Of a stretch of 64,000 bases of DNA, positions 53,501 to 62,786 are shown piece by piece (the stretch's first letter is position 1; each line of letters opens with the position of its first letter). The notes below the pieces were generated by a model. It worked only from the letters and a program-made list of their open reading frames with translations. It was not told the DNA's origin and did not search any database. This DNA is from Myxococcales bacterium (GTDB taxonomy: Bacteria > Myxococcota_A > Polyangia > Palsa-1104 > JAEUJZ01): assembly GCA_016794505.1 (NCBI GenBank), contig JAEUJZ010000076.1, positions 64,001-128,000 on the forward strand. The letters are read 5' to 3'. The translations under genes were made by a program, and so were the position numbers.

Positions 53501-54234
53501 ACGACGACGAAAAACCACCGCACCCGATGACCGTCGCGGCCTTCCAGCTCGATGACATCGAAGTGACCGCCGGGGCGTATGCCGAGTGCGTCGCGAGCGG
53601 CGCCTGCGTGGCTGCCGAGACCGTCGGAAGCTGCAATGCCGGGAAGCCCGATCGGGTGAGCCACCCGATCAACTGCGTGAACTACGCGCAGGCCGAGTCG
53701 TACTGCAGCTGGCGGGGCGGTCGCTTGCCGACGGAAGAAGAGTGGGAATACGCCGCGCGGGGCCGCGACGGACGCGAGTATCCATGGGGCGCAGCACAGC
53801 CCTCACCCCAGCTATTGAACGCTTGCGGCAGCGAGTGTCGATATGCCAACAAGATGTTCAAAGGCAACGACGGCTGGCCCGAGACGGCTCCCGTGGGCAG
53901 CTATCCCGAGGGCCAGAGCCCATTCGGGGCGCTGGACCTGGCCGGCAACGTCGGGGAGTGGGTAGATGGCTGGCACTGTAGCCGCGGTTATGAGCCGGGA
54001 ATCCCGACCAGAGCGAGTGAACATAAATCGCGCTGTCGGGCTAATTTTCGCATGATTCGCGGGGGCTCCTGGGACAGCTTCGCCCCGACGGGCGTGCGTG
54101 CCGCCTATCGCTCTGGATTCTCACCGAACTACCGCGGCTACTTCGTCGGTTTCCGTTGCGCCAGGACCAGTGCCGAACGGATCGGGCCACCCGATTTTTT
54201 TTATAGTACTAGGGCTCGCGAAGCGAACCCTTGA
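50560..54234 (+). CDS. large membrane protein: N-terminal helical domain, 2 TM helices, vWA domain (degenerate MIDAS), third TM, Ig-like/CarboxypepD_reg-like domain, C-terminal FGE-sulfatase (SUMF1-type) domain
   Basis: 28-nt overlap with the MoxR gene; AAGGA RBS. vWA: 'LLILCDVCSDM...ALLVLSTGRD'. FGE: 'WLTIPGGTFTMGS...HPMTVAAFQLDDIEVT...YCSWRGGRLPTEEEWEYAARG...RGGSWDS'. Confidence 0.75.
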   Translation: MDPQADHALDDPSAAMDPARDPASPLSAFLAVLRTRGVPIGIAQHIEAARLLSLLRPTCDVQSLARSLGALLGRDGKEARLVENLFLNEFAEAFHFADYGPELPAVRQAALRKLVERAEHTTPADDARRRRRAALRWIVPSAVVFVAVLAGLAVFLRRPAPSPPPTPSPQTQAPPTAPIPWTELLEPEATPPDLRSEPVVSDPRWLLLILLSLVGTLPFSALWLARSYGPRRRQARKEHARAFWSKAREQLDGPVTPQLRLPPVPPPLDRGDLDDMATLLGRSDERQPTRQIDGEGTARATIALGNTPKLVWRERKLARRLLILCDVCSDMRPWQHKTAALIDGLRRRGVPLSVRYFDGSADLLRADEDSAYEPLSLTLLQNAGAALLVLSTGRDARDPHRPGQLARWIREASERVPLRVWLNPLSPRRLWRPELRKARFPMRVLPMTPKGLTAAAYELALGSERRLHIPDARVQPAREASESDVQRLEELIALYPDAPLDVVEWLWRRFLPDVPDDVLALTLDEEDVRWNSVQWSDERLAAALNRLRMRDAGKEPPERIEEQARRELFRLLDDSAQTMVRDSVGQLRLRLLAALQQIYLHGPGDQEAALATLRSLLRGPIYSEVAEAIFLIGGPADMPQAGILPIALPTIDALRSEFPQLVQSGVEYVAEVSSDATLPKGGKPASVPWPRPMLRDIAPALGLPALALLGQWWLGGWGRPVLPEPAYRLTVQATDSEHVRLVVQATRSGLPTSGRLCQDATCRRSTERTWDAASGFVQSRTAERQEIHLRARLRGGKLLYSNAVAIPKRVPPAPPIEEPSMPPVEEPPEKPPEPVVAAAMQGSLRLRFIDAQDGRAVVGVRYSVIDAKGQKQSGQGVLQKSLPIGAAKITAQAAGYAPRTVTVTIKAGLEQEVQYPLTTQQAKPDPLPLIAASPPDMATPAPPPDLSSPVDQASPAPAVAFRLARWLTIPGGTFTMGSERHDDEKPPHPMTVAAFQLDDIEVTAGAYAECVASGACVAAETVGSCNAGKPDRVSHPINCVNYAQAESYCSWRGGRLPTEEEWEYAARGRDGREYPWGAAQPSPQLLNACGSECRYANKMFKGNDGWPETAPVGSYPEGQSPFGALDLAGNVGEWVDGWHCSRGYEPGIPTRASEHKSRCRANFRMIRGGSWDSFAPTGVRAAYRSGFSPNYRGYFVGFRCARTSAERIGPPDFFYSTRAREANP

Positions 54235-54252
54235 GCCCGGATGGGGGCTGGT
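54222..54252. repeat. 31-bp direct repeat copy 1 (agcgaacccttgagcccggatgggggctggt)
   Basis: Seen directly. It overlaps the last codons and the stop of the vWA-FGE gene. An identical copy lies at 56598-56628. Confidence 0.85.
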
Positions 54253-54525
54253 GCGGGGGGAGCGGGGCGGCGGGGAGGTCTTTGGTGATTCGGCGGGGGG
54301 CGGCCTGCAAGCTTGGCCTTGGTGTGCTCATCCATGAGTACTTGCCGCGTAGCTGTCGAAGAGTGCCAGGCAAACTACTGAGTCGGAATCGCCAGCGGCC
54401 CGTGCTGTCGCGTGCTCCGTCCCGCTTCGCCTGCACCAAGCCAAGCGCCAGCTTGCCGCGGAAAAAAAAGGAAAACGCCAGGTCCGCTGCGCGTCCGAGG
54501 TAGACCCTCTGGCGAACGCCGCGCC

Positions 54526-56376
54526 CTAGCGAAAGACGTATACAGCGCCGCTGCCTGGAGCGCGGTTGTTGGTCCAGATGTCGTTCACGCCGCGAGCATC
54601 GTCGGCTTCATTCAGTGCTCCGATGGCCACGGTGCCGTCTGACACCGCCACACGATAGCCAAAGTAGTCACCGCGCTCAGAGTTGGGGGCTTTGATATAG
54701 GCTTGCTGCCTCCACGTGGTGCCGACTCGCTGGAACAGATAGCCCGCGCCGCTGCTAAGCGCCGAGTTGTCGTTCTGGCCGACATTTATGACTCTGGAGC
54801 CGCTACCTTCAGTGTAGGCGCCGACGACTAGAAGATCGCCCGACAGTGAGATGCTGGTGCCGAACAGGTCGTCCCGCTCGGTGTTGCTGGCCTTGATATA
54901 GGCCTGCTGACTCCACGTGGTGCCGGTTCGCTGGAACACATAGACCGCCCCGCTTGCAACGAAGTCGTTGTTGGCTTGATTGCCATCCACTCCCGTTGCG
55001 TTGCTGTCTTCCCCGGTTGCAGAAACGGCCAGGGTGTCGCCCGACAGGGATACTGCGGTGCCAAAGTAGTCGGCGCCATTTGTGTTGCTGGCCTTGATAT
55101 AGGCTTGCTGGCTCCAGGTGGTGCCGACGCGCTGGAACACATAAACCGCGCCGCTCCCTGGTGCACTGTTGTCGGCCTGGTTGCCATTTGCCCCGGTGGC
55201 ATTGCTGGCTTCCATTGTGGCGCCCACGGTCAGGGTGTCGCCGGACACCGCGACGCTCGTACCGAACTGATCATTCGCCTCGGTGTTGCTGGCCTTGATA
55301 TAGGCCTGCTGGCTCCAAGTCGAGCCGGAGCGCGTAAAGACATAGACCGCGCCGCTCCCTGAAGCGCTGTTGTCGGCCTGGTTGCCATCCACTCCGGTAG
55401 CGTTGCTATCTTCCGCCATGGCTCCCACGGCGAGGGTGTCGCCTGATACAGAGACGCTATAGCCAAACTGATCGTATGCCTGGGCGTTGCTGGCCTTGAT
55501 ATAGGCCTGCTGCCTCCACGTGGTGCCGGTTCGCTGGAACACATAGACCGCCCCGCTTCTCGGCGCGCTGTTGTCGGCTTGGTTGCCATTGACCCCCGTG
55601 GCACTGCTGGCTTCCATATAGGTTCCGACAGCGAGCGTGTCGCCCGAAAGTGAAAGGCTAAGGCCAAACTGATCCAGCGCCTCGGTGTTGCTGGCCTTGA
55701 TATAGGCTTGCTGGCTCCAGGTCGAGCCGGCGCGCGTAAAGACGTAGACCGCGCCGCTGGCAAATGCGCTGTTGTCGGCCTGATTGCCATCCACTCCGGT
55801 GGCATTGCTCTCTTCCGAAGTGGCCGCCACGGCCAGCGTGTCCCCCGATAGCGCCACCATGGCGAAGAGATCGCCGGTACCGGTGTTGCTGGCCTTAATA
55901 TAGTCGATGGGTGCTTTCGTAATGGCGATGTCGTAGCTCATCTGTGCTCCGCCCTGGCTTTGGACCCGTACCGCGATCATCGTCGGCCCGTTGGCCAGTG
56001 CGATCGGCGCTGAGGCGACGCCGGAAGCCACCGGCTGTCCGTTTATCTCGATCGTGGCCCCCGACTGCACAGCCGTCGCTGTGACCTGCACAGTGGTGGC
56101 AAAAACGGAGACCCGCGCCGAATAGACCGCCCGCGTCGGAGAGAACTCTGGGCTAAGAGAGCCCCCAGATAGGCTGAGCGCAGAAAGAGAAGCATCGTCG
56201 ACGCTGGCATCTTGGCCACCGCCGCTGGCATCGCTGGCTCCACAGGCAAAGCCAGTCGGCAGGCAGGTAGCTCCACACGGCATCATCCCTTGCGGGCAGC
56301 CGGCCTGGCCCCCCGTTTGTGAACAGCCCAAGACACCGATTACCGTCAGAATCCAACAGACATTCGCAATCCGCAT
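54526..56376 (-). CDS. secreted lipoprotein with cadherin-like beta-sandwich domain and about 9 FG-GAP-like beta-propeller repeats
   Basis: Lipobox 'VLGC'. 'LSALSLSGGSLSPEFSPTRAVYSARV' is cadherin-like. Tandem ~42-aa units 'GNQADNSA.SGAVYVF.R.G.TWSQQAYIKASNT...D.FG'. Confidence 0.7.
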   Translation of the reverse strand: MRIANVCWILTVIGVLGCSQTGGQAGCPQGMMPCGATCLPTGFACGASDASGGGQDASVDDASLSALSLSGGSLSPEFSPTRAVYSARVSVFATTVQVTATAVQSGATIEINGQPVASGVASAPIALANGPTMIAVRVQSQGGAQMSYDIAITKAPIDYIKASNTGTGDLFAMVALSGDTLAVAATSEESNATGVDGNQADNSAFASGAVYVFTRAGSTWSQQAYIKASNTEALDQFGLSLSLSGDTLAVGTYMEASSATGVNGNQADNSAPRSGAVYVFQRTGTTWRQQAYIKASNAQAYDQFGYSVSVSGDTLAVGAMAEDSNATGVDGNQADNSASGSGAVYVFTRSGSTWSQQAYIKASNTEANDQFGTSVAVSGDTLTVGATMEASNATGANGNQADNSAPGSGAVYVFQRVGTTWSQQAYIKASNTNGADYFGTAVSLSGDTLAVSATGEDSNATGVDGNQANNDFVASGAVYVFQRTGTTWSQQAYIKASNTERDDLFGTSISLSGDLLVVGAYTEGSGSRVINVGQNDNSALSSGAGYLFQRVGTTWRQQAYIKAPNSERGDYFGYRVAVSDGTVAIGALNEADDARGVNDIWTNNRAPGSGAVYVFR

Positions 56377-56597
56377 TTGATCCCCCCTCCAAGAGCCGAC
56401 AAGGTAGCTCCCAGATGCATTCTAAGGAAGTCTAGCTGGTGCCAGTTGGCTATTCATGGCGGGCCGGCTTTGACACACGCCCGTTCACAAACCAAGCAGC
56501 GTCACGTGTTCCAACAGGACAGCGGCGGCTGCGTTGGCGAGTGGATGCTAGGTAGGTCGCTGCCCGCTGCCGTGTCTTGATTCCTGCCGTCACGCGC

Positions 56598-56628
56598 AGC
56601 GAACCCTTGAGCCCGGATGGGGGCTGGT
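56598..56628. repeat. 31-bp direct repeat copy 2
   Basis: Identical to 54222-54252. Confidence 0.85.
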
Positions 56629-56694
56629 TGCGCTCGGCGCAGTCGCGGCGTGTGGGGCGGCCGGCCGCTTCATCCCCTCTGCGCGTGCGTGGCA

Positions 56695-58092
<1,398 letters not shown>

Positions 58093-58107
58093 GTCCTCTC
58101 AAGTGGG

Positions 58108-58146
58108 CTGATCTGCTGATCTGCTGATCTGCTGATCTGCTGATCT
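58108..58146. repeat. octanucleotide SSR (CTGATCTG)x5 between the SprT-like gene stop and the nhaA start
   Basis: Seen directly. Fifteen nt upstream of the nhaA start codon. Confidence 0.85.
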
Positions 58147-59330
58147 TAGGTGCCACCACGACGCGGAGGAAGCAGCCGTGGACCACCACCGCCCGTTGAC
58201 CCCGAGGTGATCGGCCGATGCAGGATGATGTTGCGGCCGGCTTTACGACCCTCGGCGCGCGTCTCGGTGCGGGGCTGGCCGCGCTGTGCGACGCGTCGGA
58301 TGTGCGGGTGGCGCTGCCGCAGGTACCGCCCAAGCTCGGCGTCACCGCGCCAGATCAGGCCCTGCTGCTGCTGCACCTTGGTTTCCTGATCGAGCTTCTC
58401 GGAAAAGCCCAGCATGACGCCGGAAAGAAACGTCCGCCGCTCGCGATCGCCGGGCAGGCCGGCAGCGCGCTTGTGCTCGCGCCACAGGTGCTCGGCGGTG
58501 TGCGACAGGAAGTCATAGACATAGGCCGCCATCTCTAGGTTTTCGGGCGTGCCGCAGACCTCAAGCGCGCTGCCGCGAAGGCCGCGGGCGACGTCATAGC
58601 TTGGGATCCAGATGCTCTCGACGAAGAAGTGCTTGGACAAGAGCATGGCCAAGAGCCGCTCGCTCTCTTCGATGCGCCGCTTGACCGGGCCCAGCTGACG
58701 ATAGCTATAGCGCCGCCCGCCGTCGCCAGGCACCGTGGCCCGCGCCGCACTGGCTTCCAGGTTGTGCTTGAGCATCAAGCGCTGCGCCTCGCGCATGGCG
58801 CTTTCGGCTTCGTGCAGGTTCTGGCTTTGCGCCAGCGCCAACAAGCGAGCCACTCGACGCAGCGGGCGGGCCTGGTCGGTATCGTGTCCCGCAGCGACCT
58901 CGTCGGGCGTCACCGGCAAGCCGCTGGCTCGCGCGTCGATGCCCAGCCGCTCGCACACGGCGCGAAAGCTCGGCCCATGCGCCGCTTCGTCGGTAAGGCG
59001 CAGGATTTCGTGAACGTACTGATGCGCCATCTCATGCTTCAGTACTTCAACGATCACCGGCCACGGCTGCAGCCGCAGCAAGTGCCGCGACAAGACCAGC
59101 GTTCGCGTCGCGCCCTGCCATTCCCCCAAGCGGCTCTCGTTGTCGGACAAAGCCAAGGTGGGTGGCAGAAGCACGCTGCGAAAGTGGCTCAGGTTGACGC
59201 CGTGCCAGGCGCGCACAAGCTCGCGCAGAAGCGCCGCTTCCAGCTCGGAAGACAGGCGCTGGGCATCGCCCGCGGCAAAGACCGTGGCCGACGCAGAAGA
59301 CGCAGAATGATCAGGCGAAGAGCGATCCAC
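58146..59330 (-). CDS. SprT-like zinc-metalloprotease domain protein with DUF2786-like C-terminal region
   Basis: 'VLKHEMAHQYVH' is the HExxH motif in a SprT-like context. Confidence 0.65.
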   Translation of the reverse strand: MDRSSPDHSASSASATVFAAGDAQRLSSELEAALLRELVRAWHGVNLSHFRSVLLPPTLALSDNESRLGEWQGATRTLVLSRHLLRLQPWPVIVEVLKHEMAHQYVHEILRLTDEAAHGPSFRAVCERLGIDARASGLPVTPDEVAAGHDTDQARPLRRVARLLALAQSQNLHEAESAMREAQRLMLKHNLEASAARATVPGDGGRRYSYRQLGPVKRRIEESERLLAMLLSKHFFVESIWIPSYDVARGLRGSALEVCGTPENLEMAAYVYDFLSHTAEHLWREHKRAAGLPGDRERRTFLSGVMLGFSEKLDQETKVQQQQGLIWRGDAELGRYLRQRHPHIRRVAQRGQPRTETRAEGRKAGRNIILHRPITSGSTGGGGPRLLPPRRGGT

Positions 59331-59668
59331 GCAGCGGTTCTAGCACGGCGAACCGCAAGGCCGCTCGCTTCTGCGCGCAGTCTGGGCCGAAGAGGTCGCC
59401 AGGGTCGCTGACTCGCCGTGTCGTGGGTGACAGCCTCGGCGGCCACGCGAATTTGCCGGTGGGTCCGCGGGCCTGCACGGGCCGCGCAAAAACCGGCCGC
59501 TGTGCAGTATGCTTTGGCCCGCACGCGCCCCTGCTTGGCGGACCGCTTGTCGTCCCGCAGATCGCGTTTTTCTCGTCGAAACGCCAGGGATCGCCGCCCA
59601 GCATGCGCGACTTTGTTTTCACACCCAACCCAACATCCACCTAGCGACAGAGCACGAAAGGAAACCAC

Positions 59669-62600
59669 ATGGCCAGTGATCTTCTGGACTTTCGCGGCGG
59701 CGCCGGACCCGAGGCCGGTCGCGTCGTCATCATCACCGGAGCCGGCAACGGCCTGGGCAAGTCGCACGCTTTGCTGTTCGCGGCGCGCGGTGCTCGCGTT
59801 GTCGTCAACGACCTAGGCGGCCGGCACGATGGCACCGGCAAGGGCTCGGCAGCGGCCGACGCGGTCGTCGCTGAGATCCGCGAAAAGGGCGGCCAAGCGG
59901 TCGCCAACTATGACTCGGTGGAAGACGGCGACAAGATCGTTCAGACCGCCATGGACACCTGGGGCCGCATCGATGTCGTTGTCAACAACGCCGGCATCCT
60001 GCGCGACACCTCGTTCCAGAAGATGACGCAGGACGACTGGGATTTGATCTATCGCGTCCACGTTCTTGGCTCGTACCGCGTCACGCACGCGGCGTGGAAC
60101 ACAAAGGGCGGTATGCGCGACCAGGGCTATGGACGCGTCATCATGACGTCGAGCGCCGCGGGGATTTATGGGAACTTTGGCCAGTCCAACTACTCCATGG
60201 CCAAGCTCGGAGTCGTCGGCTTGGCGCAGACGCTGGCCATCGAGGGTCGCAAGCGCAACATCCTGGTGAACGCCATCGCACCGATCGCCGGCTCGCGCAT
60301 GACGGAAACCGTGCTGCCCGCCAACCTGATCGCGGCACTGAAGCCGGAATATGTGTCGCCGCTGGTCGTGTGGCTGTCGCACGAGTCGTGTACCGAGACC
60401 GGCGCGCTGTTTGAAGTCGGCGGCGGCTTTTACGCCAAGCTGCGCTGGGAACGCACCGAGGGCAAGACGTTCAAGCTGGGCCGCAACATCGGGCCGGAAG
60501 ACATCCGCAAGCACTTCGCGGTCATCACCAGCTTTGAAAAGTCGACGCATCCGACGGACATCACCAGCTCGATGCAGCCGATCTTGTCGAACCTGGACAG
60601 CAAGAGCCGCGGTGGCAACGACCTGATCGACGTCGATGCGGCGCTCGATGCTCCACCGATGGTCAGCGAGTCCAAGTATGACGAGCGCGATGTCTCGCTG
60701 TATGCACTGGGCGTCGGCGCAGCGGAAAACCCGCTCGACCCGAGTGGCCTGTCCTTGGTCTATGAAATGAACGGCGAGGGCTTCCATACCCTGCCGACCT
60801 TTGCCGTGGTGCCGGCGATGAAGGTCATCTTCGACGGCTTCAAGCGCGGCGACAAAGCCCCCGGCATGAACTATGGCTTCGAGCGCGTGCTGCACGGCGA
60901 GCAGTACACCGAGCTCAAGCGCCCGCTGCCGCCGCGCGCCAAGCTGCGCCACGAGCTGAAGTGCAAAGACGTCTATGACAAGGGCAAGAACGCCGTCGTC
61001 ATCATGGGCATTAAGACCTTCGATGAAAACGGCGATGAGCTGGCGTACAACGAGGTCTCGACCGTCGTGCGCGGCGCAGGTGGCTGGGGCGGCGACCGCG
61101 GACCGTCTGCCGAGATCAACGTCCCGCCGAGCCGCGCCGCCGACGCTGTGATCGAAGAAAAGACGCGCGACAACCAAGCGCTTTTGTATCGGCTGTCTGG
61201 CGACATCAACCCGCTGCACGCCGACCCCGCCTTTGCGCAGGGCTTCGGCTTCGACAAGCCGATCCTGCACGGGCTCTGCACCTATGGCTTTGCGGCGCGG
61301 GCCGTCTTGCGCGCGTTCAGCAAGGGCGATCCGCGGTACTTCAAGAGCATCAAGGTCCGCTTCGCCGACAGCGTGTTCCCCGGCGAGACACTGATCACCG
61401 AGATGTGGAAGGAATCGGACACGCGCATCGTGTTCCGCACCAAGGTCAAAGAGCGCGACAAGGTCGTCATCTCGAACGCCGCCGTCGAGCTATACAGCGA
61501 GATTCCCAAGCCCAAGGCGAAGACCTCTGCAGCGACGGGCACCGCGTCTGGACCTGCCGCATCGGCCGAGCCGATCAGCGCCGACGTGTTTGCCGGCATC
61601 AAGGCGTACTTCGAGGCCAACGTCGACGCCGTCAAGAAGATCGGCGTGCTGTATCAGTTCAAGCTGAGCGCACCCGAGAGCGTCTGGACCTTGGACACCA
61701 AAGCGGCACGCGTCAGCCCCGGCGCTGCCACCAGCCCACAGTGCATGCTGGAGCTGTCCGACGCGGACTTCATGGCCATGTGCAGCGGCAAAGCCGACCC
61801 CATGAAGCTGTTCATGGACAAAAAGCTGCGCATCAGCGGCGACATCATGGCCAGCCAGAAGCTGGAGTTCCTAAAGAAGATCGATCCCAACCTGGTCTTG
61901 GCCGCGGCCAAGGCACGAGCCGGATCAAGCGGCGCAGCGACGGCAGCCTCGGCCCCGGCAGCCCCGCCCGCCGCGTCGAGCCTGTCCGGCGACATCTTCC
62001 TGGCCATCGACGACTACGTCGAAAAGAACCGCGCCGAGCTGACCAAGATCGGCGTCGTCTATCTGTTCAAGCTGACCGGCCCTGAATCGGCCTGGACCGT
62101 CGACCTGAAGGAAGGCAAGGTGCAGGCGGGCGAGGTCGGCAAGGCGGGCTGCACCCTGACCTTGTCCGACGCGGACTTCATCGCCATGGCCACCGGCAAG
62201 GCCGACCCGATGAAGCTGTTTATGGACAAAAAGCTGCGCATCAGCGGCGACATCATGGCCAGCCAGAAGCTGGAGTTCCTAAAGAAGATCGATCCCAAGG
62301 CTGCCGAGGCCGCCGTCGCTGCCAAGAAAGCGGCACAGGCTCCGACGCAGGCTGCGGCCCCGACGAGCAGCACCCCGGCGAAAGCAACTGCGCAAGCGGG
62401 TGCGATCGTTGCCGCGCTGGCCCGACGCCTCGAAAACGATCCGAGCCTGTGCAAGTCGCTGGGTGCTCTGGTGCAGCTCAATGTCGACGGCAAGTCCTGG
62501 CTGATCGACGGCAACGCCGGTAGCGTGCGCGAAGGCAGCGATGCCAAGGCCCCGACGGTCATCACGGTCAGCGACGAAGATCTGCAGGCGCTGGTCAAGG

Positions 62601-62701
62601 GCAGCGCAACCGCGCAGAGCCTGTATCAGCACGGCCAGCTTCGCGTCGACGGCGATGTCCGCCCGGCGCACGGGCTCGGCTTCCTGCGCGGGCTTCTGTA
62701 A
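59669..62701 (+). CDS. multifunctional beta-oxidation enzyme type-2-like protein: SDR dehydrogenase + MaoC-like (hot-dog) enoyl-CoA hydratase + three SCP2 sterol-carrier domains
   Basis: 'VVIITGAGNGLGKS', 'YSMAKLG' (SDR). 'SGDINPLHADPAFA' (MaoC). Repeated 'KADPMKLFMDKKLRISGDIMASQKLEFL' (SCP2). AAAGGA RBS. Confidence 0.8.
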   Translation: MASDLLDFRGGAGPEAGRVVIITGAGNGLGKSHALLFAARGARVVVNDLGGRHDGTGKGSAAADAVVAEIREKGGQAVANYDSVEDGDKIVQTAMDTWGRIDVVVNNAGILRDTSFQKMTQDDWDLIYRVHVLGSYRVTHAAWNTKGGMRDQGYGRVIMTSSAAGIYGNFGQSNYSMAKLGVVGLAQTLAIEGRKRNILVNAIAPIAGSRMTETVLPANLIAALKPEYVSPLVVWLSHESCTETGALFEVGGGFYAKLRWERTEGKTFKLGRNIGPEDIRKHFAVITSFEKSTHPTDITSSMQPILSNLDSKSRGGNDLIDVDAALDAPPMVSESKYDERDVSLYALGVGAAENPLDPSGLSLVYEMNGEGFHTLPTFAVVPAMKVIFDGFKRGDKAPGMNYGFERVLHGEQYTELKRPLPPRAKLRHELKCKDVYDKGKNAVVIMGIKTFDENGDELAYNEVSTVVRGAGGWGGDRGPSAEINVPPSRAADAVIEEKTRDNQALLYRLSGDINPLHADPAFAQGFGFDKPILHGLCTYGFAARAVLRAFSKGDPRYFKSIKVRFADSVFPGETLITEMWKESDTRIVFRTKVKERDKVVISNAAVELYSEIPKPKAKTSAATGTASGPAASAEPISADVFAGIKAYFEANVDAVKKIGVLYQFKLSAPESVWTLDTKAARVSPGAATSPQCMLELSDADFMAMCSGKADPMKLFMDKKLRISGDIMASQKLEFLKKIDPNLVLAAAKARAGSSGAATAASAPAAPPAASSLSGDIFLAIDDYVEKNRAELTKIGVVYLFKLTGPESAWTVDLKEGKVQAGEVGKAGCTLTLSDADFIAMATGKADPMKLFMDKKLRISGDIMASQKLEFLKKIDPKAAEAAVAAKKAAQAPTQAAAPTSSTPAKATAQAGAIVAALARRLENDPSLCKSLGALVQLNVDGKSWLIDGNAGSVREGSDAKAPTVITVSDEDLQALVKGSATAQSLYQHGQLRVDGDVRPAHGLGFLRGLL

Positions 62702-62786
62702 CACTGGGATCACAGCACGAACATCACGCAGCGACGCACCCGAGCCTTCACCCGTCGGGTCGCGTCGTGCCGAGAGGAAACGAACC

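Noticed and set aside
54828-55805. Internal ORFs within the FG-GAP lipoprotein gene
   Set aside because: They arise from tandem 42-aa repeat units read out of frame or in antisense.
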